This document shows, in pieces, positions 45,001 through 54,611 of a stretch of 64,000 bases of DNA. Numbering within the stretch: position 1 is the first letter of the stretch; every line of letters begins with the position of its first letter. The position numbers and the translations under genes were made by a program. The DNA is from Escherichia coli (GTDB taxonomy: Bacteria; Pseudomonadota; Gammaproteobacteria; Enterobacterales; Enterobacteriaceae): the NCBI GenBank assembly GCA_902500205.1, contig GCA_902500205.1_4868.1. One strand, written 5' to 3'. The notes beneath the pieces are model-generated. The model saw nothing but the letters and a program-made list of their open reading frames with translations, was not told where the DNA came from and did not search any database.

Positions 45001-45117
45001 TCCTTTTCTTTTTTGTTTGCTCTTGTTCGGATTCTGGTACGCTCTACGCTTTTAATATGCTGGCAGGAGGTCTAAAAATCTTACGACCTCAATAATCCCT
45101 TAACTCGAGTTAACGCG

Positions 45118-45915
45118 ATGTCTTTTACTTCAAAACAGAATCTGCTAAAACTCATCAACGAAGAGAATAAGATAAGCCCACCGCTTACCTTTGACGATGT
45201 TGATATCGGACTGCCGGAGGTTGTGTCAGTAGACGGTCGTGATTCGGAGGTAGTCCTTACCTCGAAGATGCGCGGTGATGAAGGTACGCAAGTGATTGTG
45301 GACTACCATCGTCGTCCATTAGAGGACTACCTTAAAGGCGATGTTGCCTTTGGAGACGAGGACGTGCAAACCACGCACGACTTACTCGCGGCGATTAACG
45401 AGCGTTTTAATCTGTCTATCTTACCTGAGGATATCGAAGATAACCCCATTGATGGACAGACGCACACAGTCGTTGCTGTTGAAACTTCCCACGAGTGGCG
45501 AAGTCAAGCGGTCATCGAGCTGAAACCTGCTACACCTCTGGCAGAAGTAATAACCAATACAGAGTTGAGCGGTCTTCTGTACCCGGATCACCAGGACATC
45601 CAGTTGGGTCAGGCGTATATCTATTCGCGCGACATCGATTGTAGCCACATCTCTCGTTTCCTGAGCCTCTTAGCGGTCGGTATCGAAGTAGATGACACGG
45701 CGTTAGCAATCGAACTCAACAAATGTGTTCCTGAGATTTGGGTGGCTGAAGATACCCCATCCCCGTATAACTTGCGTGGTGCTACTGTCGTATTCGACGG
45801 CGTACCTGCAGACTTACCGGGAGCAAATACGGCGTTCGCGAAAGTCGTGTCAGTGCAACTGACCGATAAATGTACGAACTTCCAGGGCACCCTCAACTTA
45901 CACTTTAACAACTAG
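45118..45915 (+). CDS. Fibre-like paralog 1 (virion appendage family; function inferred)
   Basis: Shares the family N-terminal signature (about 80 aa, '...RNT...YYDR.NL...') and C-terminal '...L.LHFNN'. Confidence 0.8.
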   Translation: MSFTSKQNLLKLINEENKISPPLTFDDVDIGLPEVVSVDGRDSEVVLTSKMRGDEGTQVIVDYHRRPLEDYLKGDVAFGDEDVQTTHDLLAAINERFNLSILPEDIEDNPIDGQTHTVVAVETSHEWRSQAVIELKPATPLAEVITNTELSGLLYPDHQDIQLGQAYIYSRDIDCSHISRFLSLLAVGIEVDDTALAIELNKCVPEIWVAEDTPSPYNLRGATVVFDGVPADLPGANTAFAKVVSVQLTDKCTNFQGTLNLHFNN

Positions 45916-45925
45916 GAGGGTATAG

Positions 45926-46768
45926 GTGTCTATTTACGATAAGCCCTCGAAAGAGATGTTGTTAGATGCTATTAACCGACAGAACGGATTAACGGCCAAT
46001 CCACTCACATGGGAGCAGGTTGCAACTGGCTTCCCTGAGTCTGTCCAAACGCCTGGCGCTGACCGGAATACGCGTGTGCTCTTATACGGGTTGAACGGCA
46101 AGGGCTACAAAGGCAACGTTACGCTCGAATACGACCGTATCGAAATGGAAATTCTGTTCAGGAACGTAATACCGGTAGTCGTTGCCGACCCGGTAAATAA
46201 ACTCTCTGAGTTGTTGCCGTTTCTGAATGCGAAATACGGCTTGTCTTTAGTTGCCGACGATATCGTTGACCAGTCAGTAAAAGATTTGGGAGAAAGCTGG
46301 TTAATCGATGTGACTATTAAGCCCGGTTGCTTGGCCTGGCAAGGTGGTTTCCGTTTACGCTTTGCGAAGTTCTTCCCGAACTTGGCGGATGTGGTGACGG
46401 ATGTTGACCTCAGCGCAATTATCGCGCCGTTCGTGGTTGCTAGTAAACCACAGGCCGAGTATGTGGCGTATGGTTACGATTGGACTGAACTGCAAAAACA
46501 GTTCACCACCGATTGGGTTTACAACCGTGCAATCACTGCAGCGGATGTTGAGTTGTTGAATGAAGTGGTGCCATTAAAGTTTGCATATGTGACGGGGGCG
46601 AATGCGCAACCTGAACAAATTGCACTCCAAGGTGCACGATTTATGGGGATAACTTCAGTCACACCGAACGATAGTTACAACCCCGATTATCAGCGTGTGG
46701 CGATTATCAAGCTAGCTGCGGACAGCAACTACGCCGGTAATCTCATCCTTCATTATCTCCCGATATAA
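45926..46768 (+). CDS. Fibre-like paralog 2
   Basis: 'aggagg' SD before GTG; 'DRNTRVLLYGLNGKGYKGNVTLEYDRIEM'. Confidence 0.8.
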   Translation: MSIYDKPSKEMLLDAINRQNGLTANPLTWEQVATGFPESVQTPGADRNTRVLLYGLNGKGYKGNVTLEYDRIEMEILFRNVIPVVVADPVNKLSELLPFLNAKYGLSLVADDIVDQSVKDLGESWLIDVTIKPGCLAWQGGFRLRFAKFFPNLADVVTDVDLSAIIAPFVVASKPQAEYVAYGYDWTELQKQFTTDWVYNRAITAADVELLNEVVPLKFAYVTGANAQPEQIALQGARFMGITSVTPNDSYNPDYQRVAIIKLAADSNYAGNLILHYLPI

Positions 46769-46778
46769 GGATTTTGAC

Positions 46779-47624
46779 ATGCCACTTTTAGCCACAGCTG
46801 TAAAGATTATTATCGCGGAGGTTAACGTCGAAAACAATCTCGATTTAAAAGTCGAGGATGTTGTTTTTGGTGTCCCTGCGATTCCAACGTCTGACGAAGA
46901 CTTGGCAAAAGCTAACGGTCACAACGCGATGGTGCGCATTCAGGCATTGGCCACGGCTAATGCTATCGGTGCCACTACCGTCTATTACGATCGTGTTGAC
47001 TTCGCAGACATGTTTACCGATCCGGACGGGATTCAACCTTTACGTGTTCCTGCGCGTCTCGATGCTGTTTACCAGATGCATGACGTGGTCGGGTTAATTA
47101 ACCAGTATTACGGTCTCAGCCTTAAACCTGCAGATGTGGTGAATACCGAAATCGACAGGAAGACATGGCGTGTGGATCTGATTGCCACGCCCACTTCCTT
47201 AGGTTGGATAGGGCAACAACAGGTACAGCTGTTACCAGGCGATGCGTTGCTTCCTGCAAACTTCGAACCGTTAACAGTGATGCCTTACGAGTATCCGTAT
47301 TTCAACATCAAGGTCGGTCAAGGTGCAGTTTATTCGTATCCCTGGCGCTTTGATAATTTCGCGGAGGAATTTCAACGACTAGGTGCTGCGATAACCACAG
47401 AACGTCTGGCACAGATTCTCAAAACGGTCACCGGTGATAACTGGACAACATACCGTAACCCTATCGACTTTAACCTTCGTGAAGCCGTCGTCGTCTATAA
47501 CGGGCGTAACAAAGCGGAATTACCAACCAACCCAGCAGTCGACAACGTGCTGATTGTGGAGCTGTCGTTGTACTGTCTGAATTTTGGCGGGCGTTTGTAT
47601 TTGCATTACAACGACCCTGATTAA
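46779..47624 (+). CDS. Fibre-like paralog 3
   Basis: 'TTVYYDRVDFADMF' and C-terminal 'LYLHYNDPD'. Confidence 0.8.
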   Translation: MPLLATAVKIIIAEVNVENNLDLKVEDVVFGVPAIPTSDEDLAKANGHNAMVRIQALATANAIGATTVYYDRVDFADMFTDPDGIQPLRVPARLDAVYQMHDVVGLINQYYGLSLKPADVVNTEIDRKTWRVDLIATPTSLGWIGQQQVQLLPGDALLPANFEPLTVMPYEYPYFNIKVGQGAVYSYPWRFDNFAEEFQRLGAAITTERLAQILKTVTGDNWTTYRNPIDFNLREAVVVYNGRNKAELPTNPAVDNVLIVELSLYCLNFGGRLYLHYNDPD

Positions 47625-47645
47625 TCCTGAGTAAAGGAAGTAAGA

Positions 47646-48557
47646 ATGAAACCTTTAAACAAAACGTCCGATAAGCTGGTTCTGGATTTTATTAATGAGA
47701 AAAACCCAGACGCAGAACTGGAACTTTCTAAAATAACGCTCGGCACACCGACCCCTATTAGCGATGAAGGTGCTGATCGCAATACCAGCATGACCCTGAC
47801 TGCGAAAAAGAACTCCGGGTACATCGGTACTCAGGACGTGACTTATAATCGCCTGGAAGGCGGTGCGCTGTTCCGTAATGTAACAGCATACCTCGACGTT
47901 AAACTGCCGAAAACCACCACAGACCTGCTGACGACCCTGAACACCCAATACGGATTGAAGCTGACCGAAGACGATATCGTTCCGGCGGCTATTCCGGAAA
48001 ATACCAACCCGCCGCTGACTAACCCGAACGATCCGGACCCAGCACCGGTTGACCATGTCATTACCTTCAAAGAAGACTGCTACGCTTATCTGGGCAGCAT
48101 CCCGGTTAAAATCGGTGCTAAGCCTCAGGTTGGTGAACGTCTGAGTCTGGTGGTAACACAAACCAAGCTCGACGGCCTGGTTTACCCAGATGGTCCAAGC
48201 GAAGCGAAGGGTCAGGGCTACATCTACTCTTACGGTGTAGACTGCACAGCAATCGCAGCATTCCTGAAAGTACAGGCGAAAGGTGTTATCGCTGGCGACT
48301 CTGCATTCCCGGTTGAGCTGAATAAAGTTGTGCCGGAACTGTGGGTTGCATCTGATGAGCCTGCGGATTATAACCTGAAAGGCGCTAACGTGTTGTATGT
48401 TGGTTCTACTGCTGACGATGGCACTGCTTCAGGCGACGAACCTAAGAAACCGGTTGAAGGTGCAAACACTGCTTACAACCAGGTTCTGCTGCTGCAGCTG
48501 GATGACACTCTGTGCACCAACTTCCAGGGCATCATGTACCTGCACTTTAATGCCTAA
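47646..48557 (+). CDS. Fibre-like paralog 4 (codon-optimised, probably the most abundant member)
   Basis: Family motifs plus host-optimised codons (runs of CTG, CCG, GGT). Confidence 0.85.
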   Translation: MKPLNKTSDKLVLDFINEKNPDAELELSKITLGTPTPISDEGADRNTSMTLTAKKNSGYIGTQDVTYNRLEGGALFRNVTAYLDVKLPKTTTDLLTTLNTQYGLKLTEDDIVPAAIPENTNPPLTNPNDPDPAPVDHVITFKEDCYAYLGSIPVKIGAKPQVGERLSLVVTQTKLDGLVYPDGPSEAKGQGYIYSYGVDCTAIAAFLKVQAKGVIAGDSAFPVELNKVVPELWVASDEPADYNLKGANVLYVGSTADDGTASGDEPKKPVEGANTAYNQVLLLQLDDTLCTNFQGIMYLHFNA

Positions 48558-48570
48558 TTAGGCCTCGCTG

Positions 48571-48610
48571 GGAGGAGGAAATCCTCCTCCTGGCTACTCC
48601 TTTCTTTTTT
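48571..48610 (+). terminator. Hairpin with distal T-tract (weak internal terminator)
   Basis: 'ggaggagg-aaat-cctcctcc' then 'tggctactcctttcttttttgg'. Confidence 0.45.
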
Positions 48611-48626
48611 GGCCGAGGAGGCTATT

Positions 48627-49466
48627 ATGGCTTTATATAGTCTGTCTCAGCGACAATATCTGTACGATGCGATTAATGCCGAAAACCCGGATGCTGTTCT
48701 ACCGATGGGTTTAGACAATGCTATCATCGGTACGCCGAAAGCAATCACACCGACAGCAAGCGGTGCCAACACCGAGATTATCATTCGTGGTCGTCAAGGT
48801 CGTGGCTATATCGGTCCTCAGACGTTCCGTTATAAGCGCTTGTCGCTGAACGACTTATTTAAGAACATGACACCTCAGGTAACTGCACCGAATGCCTACG
48901 GTTGGTTGAACGTGGAGTCGAAACGTACTGCGTTTGCGCAGAACCTGAACGGTCGTTATGGATTAAACCTGGTTGCAGACGATATCCCAGAACAATACGT
49001 TTATCTGAACGTAAACAACACGATGCGTATTAACGCTAGCTGTATCCAATACACTGGCAGCATCACCTTTATGTCTATCCGGGGTAAGAATAGCCTCGAA
49101 GACCTCGTGGTAAACGACATCTTGTTGGCTTTGAACCACCCTGCAGCAGCAAGCACTGGTAAGAAATACATGGGCTTCTTGACGTACGGGGAAGACTTTA
49201 CCGATGAAGTGCAGGTTATGGCCTCGTTTAAGAACGGGCGAATGGATGTAGGAAGTAACTTTGATTTGGGTTACACGTCCAATCTGATGGCCACATTGGT
49301 CGCACGTGGGGTACCGTCGTTTGATCCGACGAACTGCACAATTACCCGCTACAAAACGAGTGAGTTGGCGACCGCCAATAAAGCGTACGATAACGTATTG
49401 CTGATTACCGGCATTCAGAACGACCCGAAAGTAATCGGCGAGTGTATGTTGCACTACAACAACTAG
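48627..49466 (+). CDS. Fibre-like paralog 5
   Basis: 'gaggagg' SD before ATG 48627; C-terminal 'CMLHYNN'. Confidence 0.8.
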   Translation: MALYSLSQRQYLYDAINAENPDAVLPMGLDNAIIGTPKAITPTASGANTEIIIRGRQGRGYIGPQTFRYKRLSLNDLFKNMTPQVTAPNAYGWLNVESKRTAFAQNLNGRYGLNLVADDIPEQYVYLNVNNTMRINASCIQYTGSITFMSIRGKNSLEDLVVNDILLALNHPAAASTGKKYMGFLTYGEDFTDEVQVMASFKNGRMDVGSNFDLGYTSNLMATLVARGVPSFDPTNCTITRYKTSELATANKAYDNVLLITGIQNDPKVIGECMLHYNN

Positions 49467-49476
49467 GAATTAGCGA

Positions 49477-50364
49477 ATGGCTATTTATCAACCTTCTAAA
49501 GACGTCCTGTTGGCAGCAGTGAACGCACAGAACTCGCTTGCTGTTAAGATGACTGACATCATCTGGTCCACGCCAAAGGACATCCGTGGTACGGAGAAGG
49601 AAACGCTGACTAACCGTAACACGCAAATTAAAATTACGGCAGATGGGGTAACGGGCTCTACCTGGTCGGGTAAGAAAAATGTCTTCTACAACCGCATGAA
49701 AGTCGAAGACTTGTTAGTGCTGATCGGTGACACGTTGGCGATCGGCCCATCCAACGAAACCTTGTATGCGGCCATTCCTGGACTGAACCAACGTTACGGT
49801 TTTGTTCTGGAAGAAGCTGACCTGCAGGACGCAGATATCGAGTGGAACGGTGATAAGACCGAAGGAACTGTGCGCGTTGTTGCACATCCAGAGTCTATCG
49901 GTTGGGTTGGACAGGCGACATTTAAAGTCGTGAAAGGTGATGAGTCGTTAGTCTCTGCAGTCACCACTAACGTCCTGACCGGTCTGAAATACCCGAACGG
50001 TCAGATGGGTTCCGAAACCGTTACTGCGGTCATTGCAGAGGTTTATTCCTACCCGTACAACTTCACTAAGTACCGAGATGCTCTGCTGGCATACAAGCCG
50101 GGTATTCTGTCTGGACAGCCGTTAACGGATATGGTTAACCTGCTGAAAGATATTACGGGTACTGCATGGGTAGCGACCACTTCCGCTTCCTACGGTTTGG
50201 CGGGCGCGGAGGTTATCAGCGTTGGTCTGAATGACCCTGTTGCAATGCCGACAAACGCGAAGTACAAGTATGCGCTGGTGTTGAAACTGCCTGTTACCTG
50301 TACCACCATCGTCGGAACGTTGTATCTCCAGTTCAACGATCTGGACGATCCAAGCGAGGTATAA
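49477..50364 (+). CDS. Fibre-like paralog 6
   Basis: Family N-terminal motif; C-terminal 'LYLQFNDLDDPSEV'. Confidence 0.8.
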   Translation: MAIYQPSKDVLLAAVNAQNSLAVKMTDIIWSTPKDIRGTEKETLTNRNTQIKITADGVTGSTWSGKKNVFYNRMKVEDLLVLIGDTLAIGPSNETLYAAIPGLNQRYGFVLEEADLQDADIEWNGDKTEGTVRVVAHPESIGWVGQATFKVVKGDESLVSAVTTNVLTGLKYPNGQMGSETVTAVIAEVYSYPYNFTKYRDALLAYKPGILSGQPLTDMVNLLKDITGTAWVATTSASYGLAGAEVISVGLNDPVAMPTNAKYKYALVLKLPVTCTTIVGTLYLQFNDLDDPSEV

Positions 50365-50367
50365 TTG

Positions 50368-51195
50368 ATGATCAACTATGCTAAGCCGTCAAACGAGTTG
50401 GTCTTTGACCTCATTAACCGGGATAACCCAAACCTACCTATTAAAGCGTCGCCGGCAAACTGCTACGTGGAGAAAGTGACACAGGTTCCCGTTAATGCAG
50501 CTTCCAACAACCGCAATACGTCGGCACGCTTGCGCGGTATTCAGGGTTCCGGATTTCGAGACGCAATCACCGTTTATTACGACCGTGTGAACTTAGCGCG
50601 GTTATTGCCGTGGGGTCCTTCTGTCCAGGCGCAGTTCGTCACGTTTGACGCTCCCAACCTCCACTCAGCCTTTTCGGTGCTCTTGGATACTTACGGAGTA
50701 AACTTCTCTGCAATCGATATCTATAACCTCCCACTGGCGGGCCCCAATACCCCAAATTACACCAATACACAGAACATCGTAGCGCTATCGACATCTCCGG
50801 CTTATATCGGTTCTGCGACGTTGCGTTATAACCGTGGTTTACCGGTACTAGACACTTCGGTGAAATCGGATGTCTTGAATGCGATTCAAGAGCCTATCTC
50901 GCCGTCTCTCGGTAAGAAGTGTATTGATTTGTTGACGTACGGTATTGACTTTACCGCGTATAAAAACCTACTGACAGTAGATGCTTCTGGCCTACCGCAG
51001 TGGGCTGGTTTGCGTAAGGTGTTGGATGACCTGGGTATTCCGAACTACGCGGGGCCACTGAACAGTAACACCGTTCAGGATGTGCCGACTTCCACCGCTC
51101 AGTTCGCTAACAAATCGTACGACCGCGTGGTTATCCAAACGGGCATCGATGAGGAAGGCGTGAAAGGCGTGGCGTACTACCACTATAACAGCTAA
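50368..51195 (+). CDS. Fibre-like paralog 7
   Basis: 'NRNTSARLRGIQGSGFRDAITVYYDRVNLARLL'; C-terminal 'AYYHYNS'. Confidence 0.8.
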   Translation: MINYAKPSNELVFDLINRDNPNLPIKASPANCYVEKVTQVPVNAASNNRNTSARLRGIQGSGFRDAITVYYDRVNLARLLPWGPSVQAQFVTFDAPNLHSAFSVLLDTYGVNFSAIDIYNLPLAGPNTPNYTNTQNIVALSTSPAYIGSATLRYNRGLPVLDTSVKSDVLNAIQEPISPSLGKKCIDLLTYGIDFTAYKNLLTVDASGLPQWAGLRKVLDDLGIPNYAGPLNSNTVQDVPTSTAQFANKSYDRVVIQTGIDEEGVKGVAYYHYNS

Positions 51196-51200
51196 GTGTA

Positions 51201-51227
51201 GGGGCTCTTCGGAGCCCCCTCTTTTGG
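51201..51227 (+). terminator. Hairpin with short T-tract (weak internal terminator)
   Basis: 'ggggctc-ttcg-gagcccc' followed by 'ctcttttgg'. Confidence 0.5.
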
Positions 51228-51242
51228 CGATGCGGAGTCCCT

Positions 51243-52655
51243 ATGCTATTTTACTCGAAGGAGTCGGCACTGCTTGTATACGACCAAGTCAATCGGGATA
51301 ACCCTGATTTAGTTGTTAAGCTGACGCCGGCTATCGCTGCTTTAACCGGCGGCCCAACTTCAGTTACGTTAAACCAACGTAACACCAAAGCTGTTTTCAC
51401 CGGGTATCCAGGGACAGGTGTACAAGGTAATGTTACCGTGTACTACGACCGGATTAACCTGGCCACTTTATTTAATTTTGTGCCGACTGTGGCTATCAAA
51501 GATACAGTCTTAACGGTACGAGACGCGCTACCTGCAATAAACGACGCATTGGGGCTTACATTAGTTGCTTCTGATTTGCAGTCACCTGACGCAAGTTTAC
51601 CTAAACCGAGCGCTTCGCCGCAGACGTTGAAATTAAATATCTCAGGTAATTGCCCTGCGTTTACAGGCAGCTTAACGATACGTTATACCGTCCCGAGCGG
51701 TGCAATTTACCCCGATTCTGGACCTGGCCCTAAAACGTTGCTGCAAGGTAACACTATCGCGGGTTATTTCGGAACAACCACAATTGCAGAGTTGTTTACA
51801 CACTCTCAACTTCTTAATGCCACTATATCGGCCGGTGCGTTACCACCGGTACATTCTGGTGCCGAAGGTTGGTACAAGTTCTTTTACCAGGGTAGGGTTA
51901 TTTACCTCCCGATCAGTCCTGTCGCTAGCTCCATCTCCTGGAATACGTTATATACAAACGGACTCGTTTACGGAACAGATGATAATGGTAAATACCCTGC
52001 GGCGACGCCCGTTAACCAGGGACGCATCATTAGCTTTACAGGCGCAGACAACAAAAGGTTTTACTTCCGCGTTCGTCTACCTAGTGCTGGGAAGGACCCA
52101 TACGTCAGCGGCACCCCAACTGCCGCTGAGTTAGCAGGTAGTGAGTTTGAGATGTTCAACTTTCTGTATAATGGAACGTGGGACAAACCGATTAACAGTT
52201 ACTGGACGCTGTTCTGTTTATTGAAAGATACACTGAAGACCAACGTCGCCTATCATCGCATGGCGACGTTGTCTGGAGCCAGTTGGACAAACTTAGGAAA
52301 ATCATCGAGCGCAGGCAACTACTACTGGTTCCCGGTGCTGGAGTTGGTGGATAAATCCACAGTTACCTTGGGTTTAGAAGATATCCATGGTGCGGTAGAT
52401 TACAGTCTCCAACCGTGCAGCGTGTCCGCAGAAAACACGTTTAGTCTCAAGCCGTTGGTGCTCGGTAATCCAGATACTACCGATTTCGAACCGGTAGTTG
52501 TTACTTCAGAAAACAGTTTCGCACTGCATCCGCCTGCTTTAATGCTGCCGAAGACAGTCGATTTCCAACCTATTGCGGCTACCGCTGAAATGTATACGCC
52601 CCCTGACAAGACAACGTTAACGTCTCTTAACGGTGAACTGGACGGCTTTAAGTAG
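51243..52655 (+). CDS. Cassette gene A1: long fibre-like protein
   Basis: Family N-domain, 'YPDSGPGPKTLLQGNTIAGYFG', C-terminal repeats ending 'LNGELDGFK'. Confidence 0.85.
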   Translation: MLFYSKESALLVYDQVNRDNPDLVVKLTPAIAALTGGPTSVTLNQRNTKAVFTGYPGTGVQGNVTVYYDRINLATLFNFVPTVAIKDTVLTVRDALPAINDALGLTLVASDLQSPDASLPKPSASPQTLKLNISGNCPAFTGSLTIRYTVPSGAIYPDSGPGPKTLLQGNTIAGYFGTTTIAELFTHSQLLNATISAGALPPVHSGAEGWYKFFYQGRVIYLPISPVASSISWNTLYTNGLVYGTDDNGKYPAATPVNQGRIISFTGADNKRFYFRVRLPSAGKDPYVSGTPTAAELAGSEFEMFNFLYNGTWDKPINSYWTLFCLLKDTLKTNVAYHRMATLSGASWTNLGKSSSAGNYYWFPVLELVDKSTVTLGLEDIHGAVDYSLQPCSVSAENTFSLKPLVLGNPDTTDFEPVVVTSENSFALHPPALMLPKTVDFQPIAATAEMYTPPDKTTLTSLNGELDGFK

Positions 52656-52666
52656 AGGTATCATCT

Positions 52667-53665
52667 ATGTCTTTTACTTTGCGTTGGAAAAATCCAAACG
52701 TAATCCCTACGGTAGTAAAAATCTACCGTGACGTTAAAGATATCACACCAAGCGCTTTGCCTGAACCGATTGCAACGCTCTCAAATGGCGAGACAGAATG
52801 GCGTGATGCCACCGCCAAACCAGGCGCAATCTATTATTACCTTCTAACGGTAACCGCCAACGGTAAAACAGTGGCATCGTCTAGCCAGAAATACACCATT
52901 GAGATAAAGCGTGGGATTGGCCCAATGACTATTCTAAACGGTAACGACCGTTTAGGGTTTATGGGTGCGGTTCCTTACGACGAACAATGGCTTCCGTCGC
53001 AAATGCCACCTGCATTTTTGGCGATGTTCCCTAATCTATTAACCGATCGTGTGGCGTTGTATAAATTTACCCGAAACGGGAAAATCTATTACATGCTATC
53101 TAATACGTCGCAGTTCCCGAATACGCCTGTGGACTGGGCTTCCCTCTATCAAGCCGGTTTAGTCTATGGTACAGGCGATGCTGGCCCAGAGAACGGCCAT
53201 GGAACGCTACCAGACACTCCACAAGACGCTAAGATAGTCCACAAAGGGGATACGTACATTATGCGGCTTCCTCGCGGCCTGACGATGTCTAGCGAGCCTC
53301 CTGCGTATCCTTTCGTAGCTGACTATAATGGGAAAACCCATGATGAAATCGCTTCTCTAACCAACCCGTGTGAGTATAACGATTTACTTTACACGATGGT
53401 TAACGAGGTGCCGTGGAAACAGCGTTGGGCTAACTGGGCAACGAACAGTTATACTTTTCTGGGGCAGGGTACTTTGGGAACCTTGGCAGCGTATTTCGGC
53501 GGTGGTGTTCTCTGTATGGAACACGACACCGCGGAAGACCGTGTGCTCCATCGTGGTATCTTTAACAATGCCGGTGGAACACCCGTATCAGCGATTCAGC
53601 GTATAAACTATTTATCACCCACCACGAAAGGGCGTTACTACCCTATCTTTGAACTGGTCGAGTAA
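52667..53665 (+). CDS. Cassette gene B1: fibronectin-III-like N-terminus plus shared C-domain
   Basis: Paralog of 56121-57107 ('...FTLRWKNPN...IYRD...NGETEW...YYY...'). Confidence 0.85.
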   Translation: MSFTLRWKNPNVIPTVVKIYRDVKDITPSALPEPIATLSNGETEWRDATAKPGAIYYYLLTVTANGKTVASSSQKYTIEIKRGIGPMTILNGNDRLGFMGAVPYDEQWLPSQMPPAFLAMFPNLLTDRVALYKFTRNGKIYYMLSNTSQFPNTPVDWASLYQAGLVYGTGDAGPENGHGTLPDTPQDAKIVHKGDTYIMRLPRGLTMSSEPPAYPFVADYNGKTHDEIASLTNPCEYNDLLYTMVNEVPWKQRWANWATNSYTFLGQGTLGTLAAYFGGGVLCMEHDTAEDRVLHRGIFNNAGGTPVSAIQRINYLSPTTKGRYYPIFELVE

Positions 53666-53674
53666 GGGGCAGTC

Positions 53675-54598
53675 ATGACTATACGGTTAAGCTGGCCGTC
53701 CCAAGCCAGCAAAGGTCTTACCGCGATTGAAATCTACCGCAAGGAAGGTTGGAACGCAACAATCGACGTTTACAATCCAGGCACACCCCACGCAACTTTA
53801 TCAGGCAACGCGGTAGAGTTCGTAGATAATATCGATACCCTGACGAAGAATACAACCTATCGTTATTGGGTAGCTGCTGTGAAGGACAGTGAACGACTTA
53901 TCGGCAATCCGATTACGCAAGGATTCTATCCGGACACCGGGCCGGGTCCGCAAACAATCCTGCGCGGTGACTGGGCTTCAGGTTATTTCGGTACAGTACC
54001 GAATACAGAGTTCTTTAATACTGCCGAGTTAAAACTCATGTTAACTGCGCAGCAGGGAAACATGTTTGTCTACGACCCTCAGGAATGGCACAAGTTTATT
54101 TTCCGTGGGAGAATTGTCTTCTTCCCAGCGACGATGCATTCGAAAACCAACTCGGTACAAATGGCGTATCAGTACGGTATGATGTACGGGACCGATGATG
54201 TCGGAAGTATTGTTCCGCAGGGAGCCACGGCGACTAAACAAGATTGTAAGGTCACGAAGGATGGTCGTACGTACCGTATCCGATTACCTTACGCAGTCCC
54301 GTACGACGCTGTTCTCTCAGGACAGGATTACAACAACGGTGAATGGCGAAACACAATGGGCCGTTTGTATCCTGTCGGTGCAGAGTTCGCAGCCCTCGGT
54401 CTTGGTGCGATTGACTCACTTGCAAGACAAGGCGCGACTGCGCAGCCGAATGAGTCAGGTGCCGCTGTATTAGCTCCTTTGTGGAGCAACAACATATTCG
54501 CTTATGCGTATGGCACCGTGCCTATGGGGATTAGTAACACCGCAGGTGTCGGGAACTCGGCCACGATATTCTTTGCTTTCGAATTAGTCTTACCGTAA
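53675..54598 (+). CDS. Cassette gene C1: FN3-like N-terminus plus GPGP domain
   Basis: Paralog of 57110-58009 ('YPDTGPGPQTILRGDWASGYFGTV'). Confidence 0.85.
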   Translation: MTIRLSWPSQASKGLTAIEIYRKEGWNATIDVYNPGTPHATLSGNAVEFVDNIDTLTKNTTYRYWVAAVKDSERLIGNPITQGFYPDTGPGPQTILRGDWASGYFGTVPNTEFFNTAELKLMLTAQQGNMFVYDPQEWHKFIFRGRIVFFPATMHSKTNSVQMAYQYGMMYGTDDVGSIVPQGATATKQDCKVTKDGRTYRIRLPYAVPYDAVLSGQDYNNGEWRNTMGRLYPVGAEFAALGLGAIDSLARQGATAQPNESGAAVLAPLWSNNIFAYAYGTVPMGISNTAGVGNSATIFFAFELVLP

Positions 54599-54611
54599 CG
54601 GAGTAAAAGCC

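Noticed and set aside
47655-48161. Minus-strand ORFs antisense to fibre paralogs (47655-48161, 48963-49454, 57440-57871, 55679-56236)
   Set aside because: Each is fully inside a paralog whose family conservation supports the + frame; no independent start signals.
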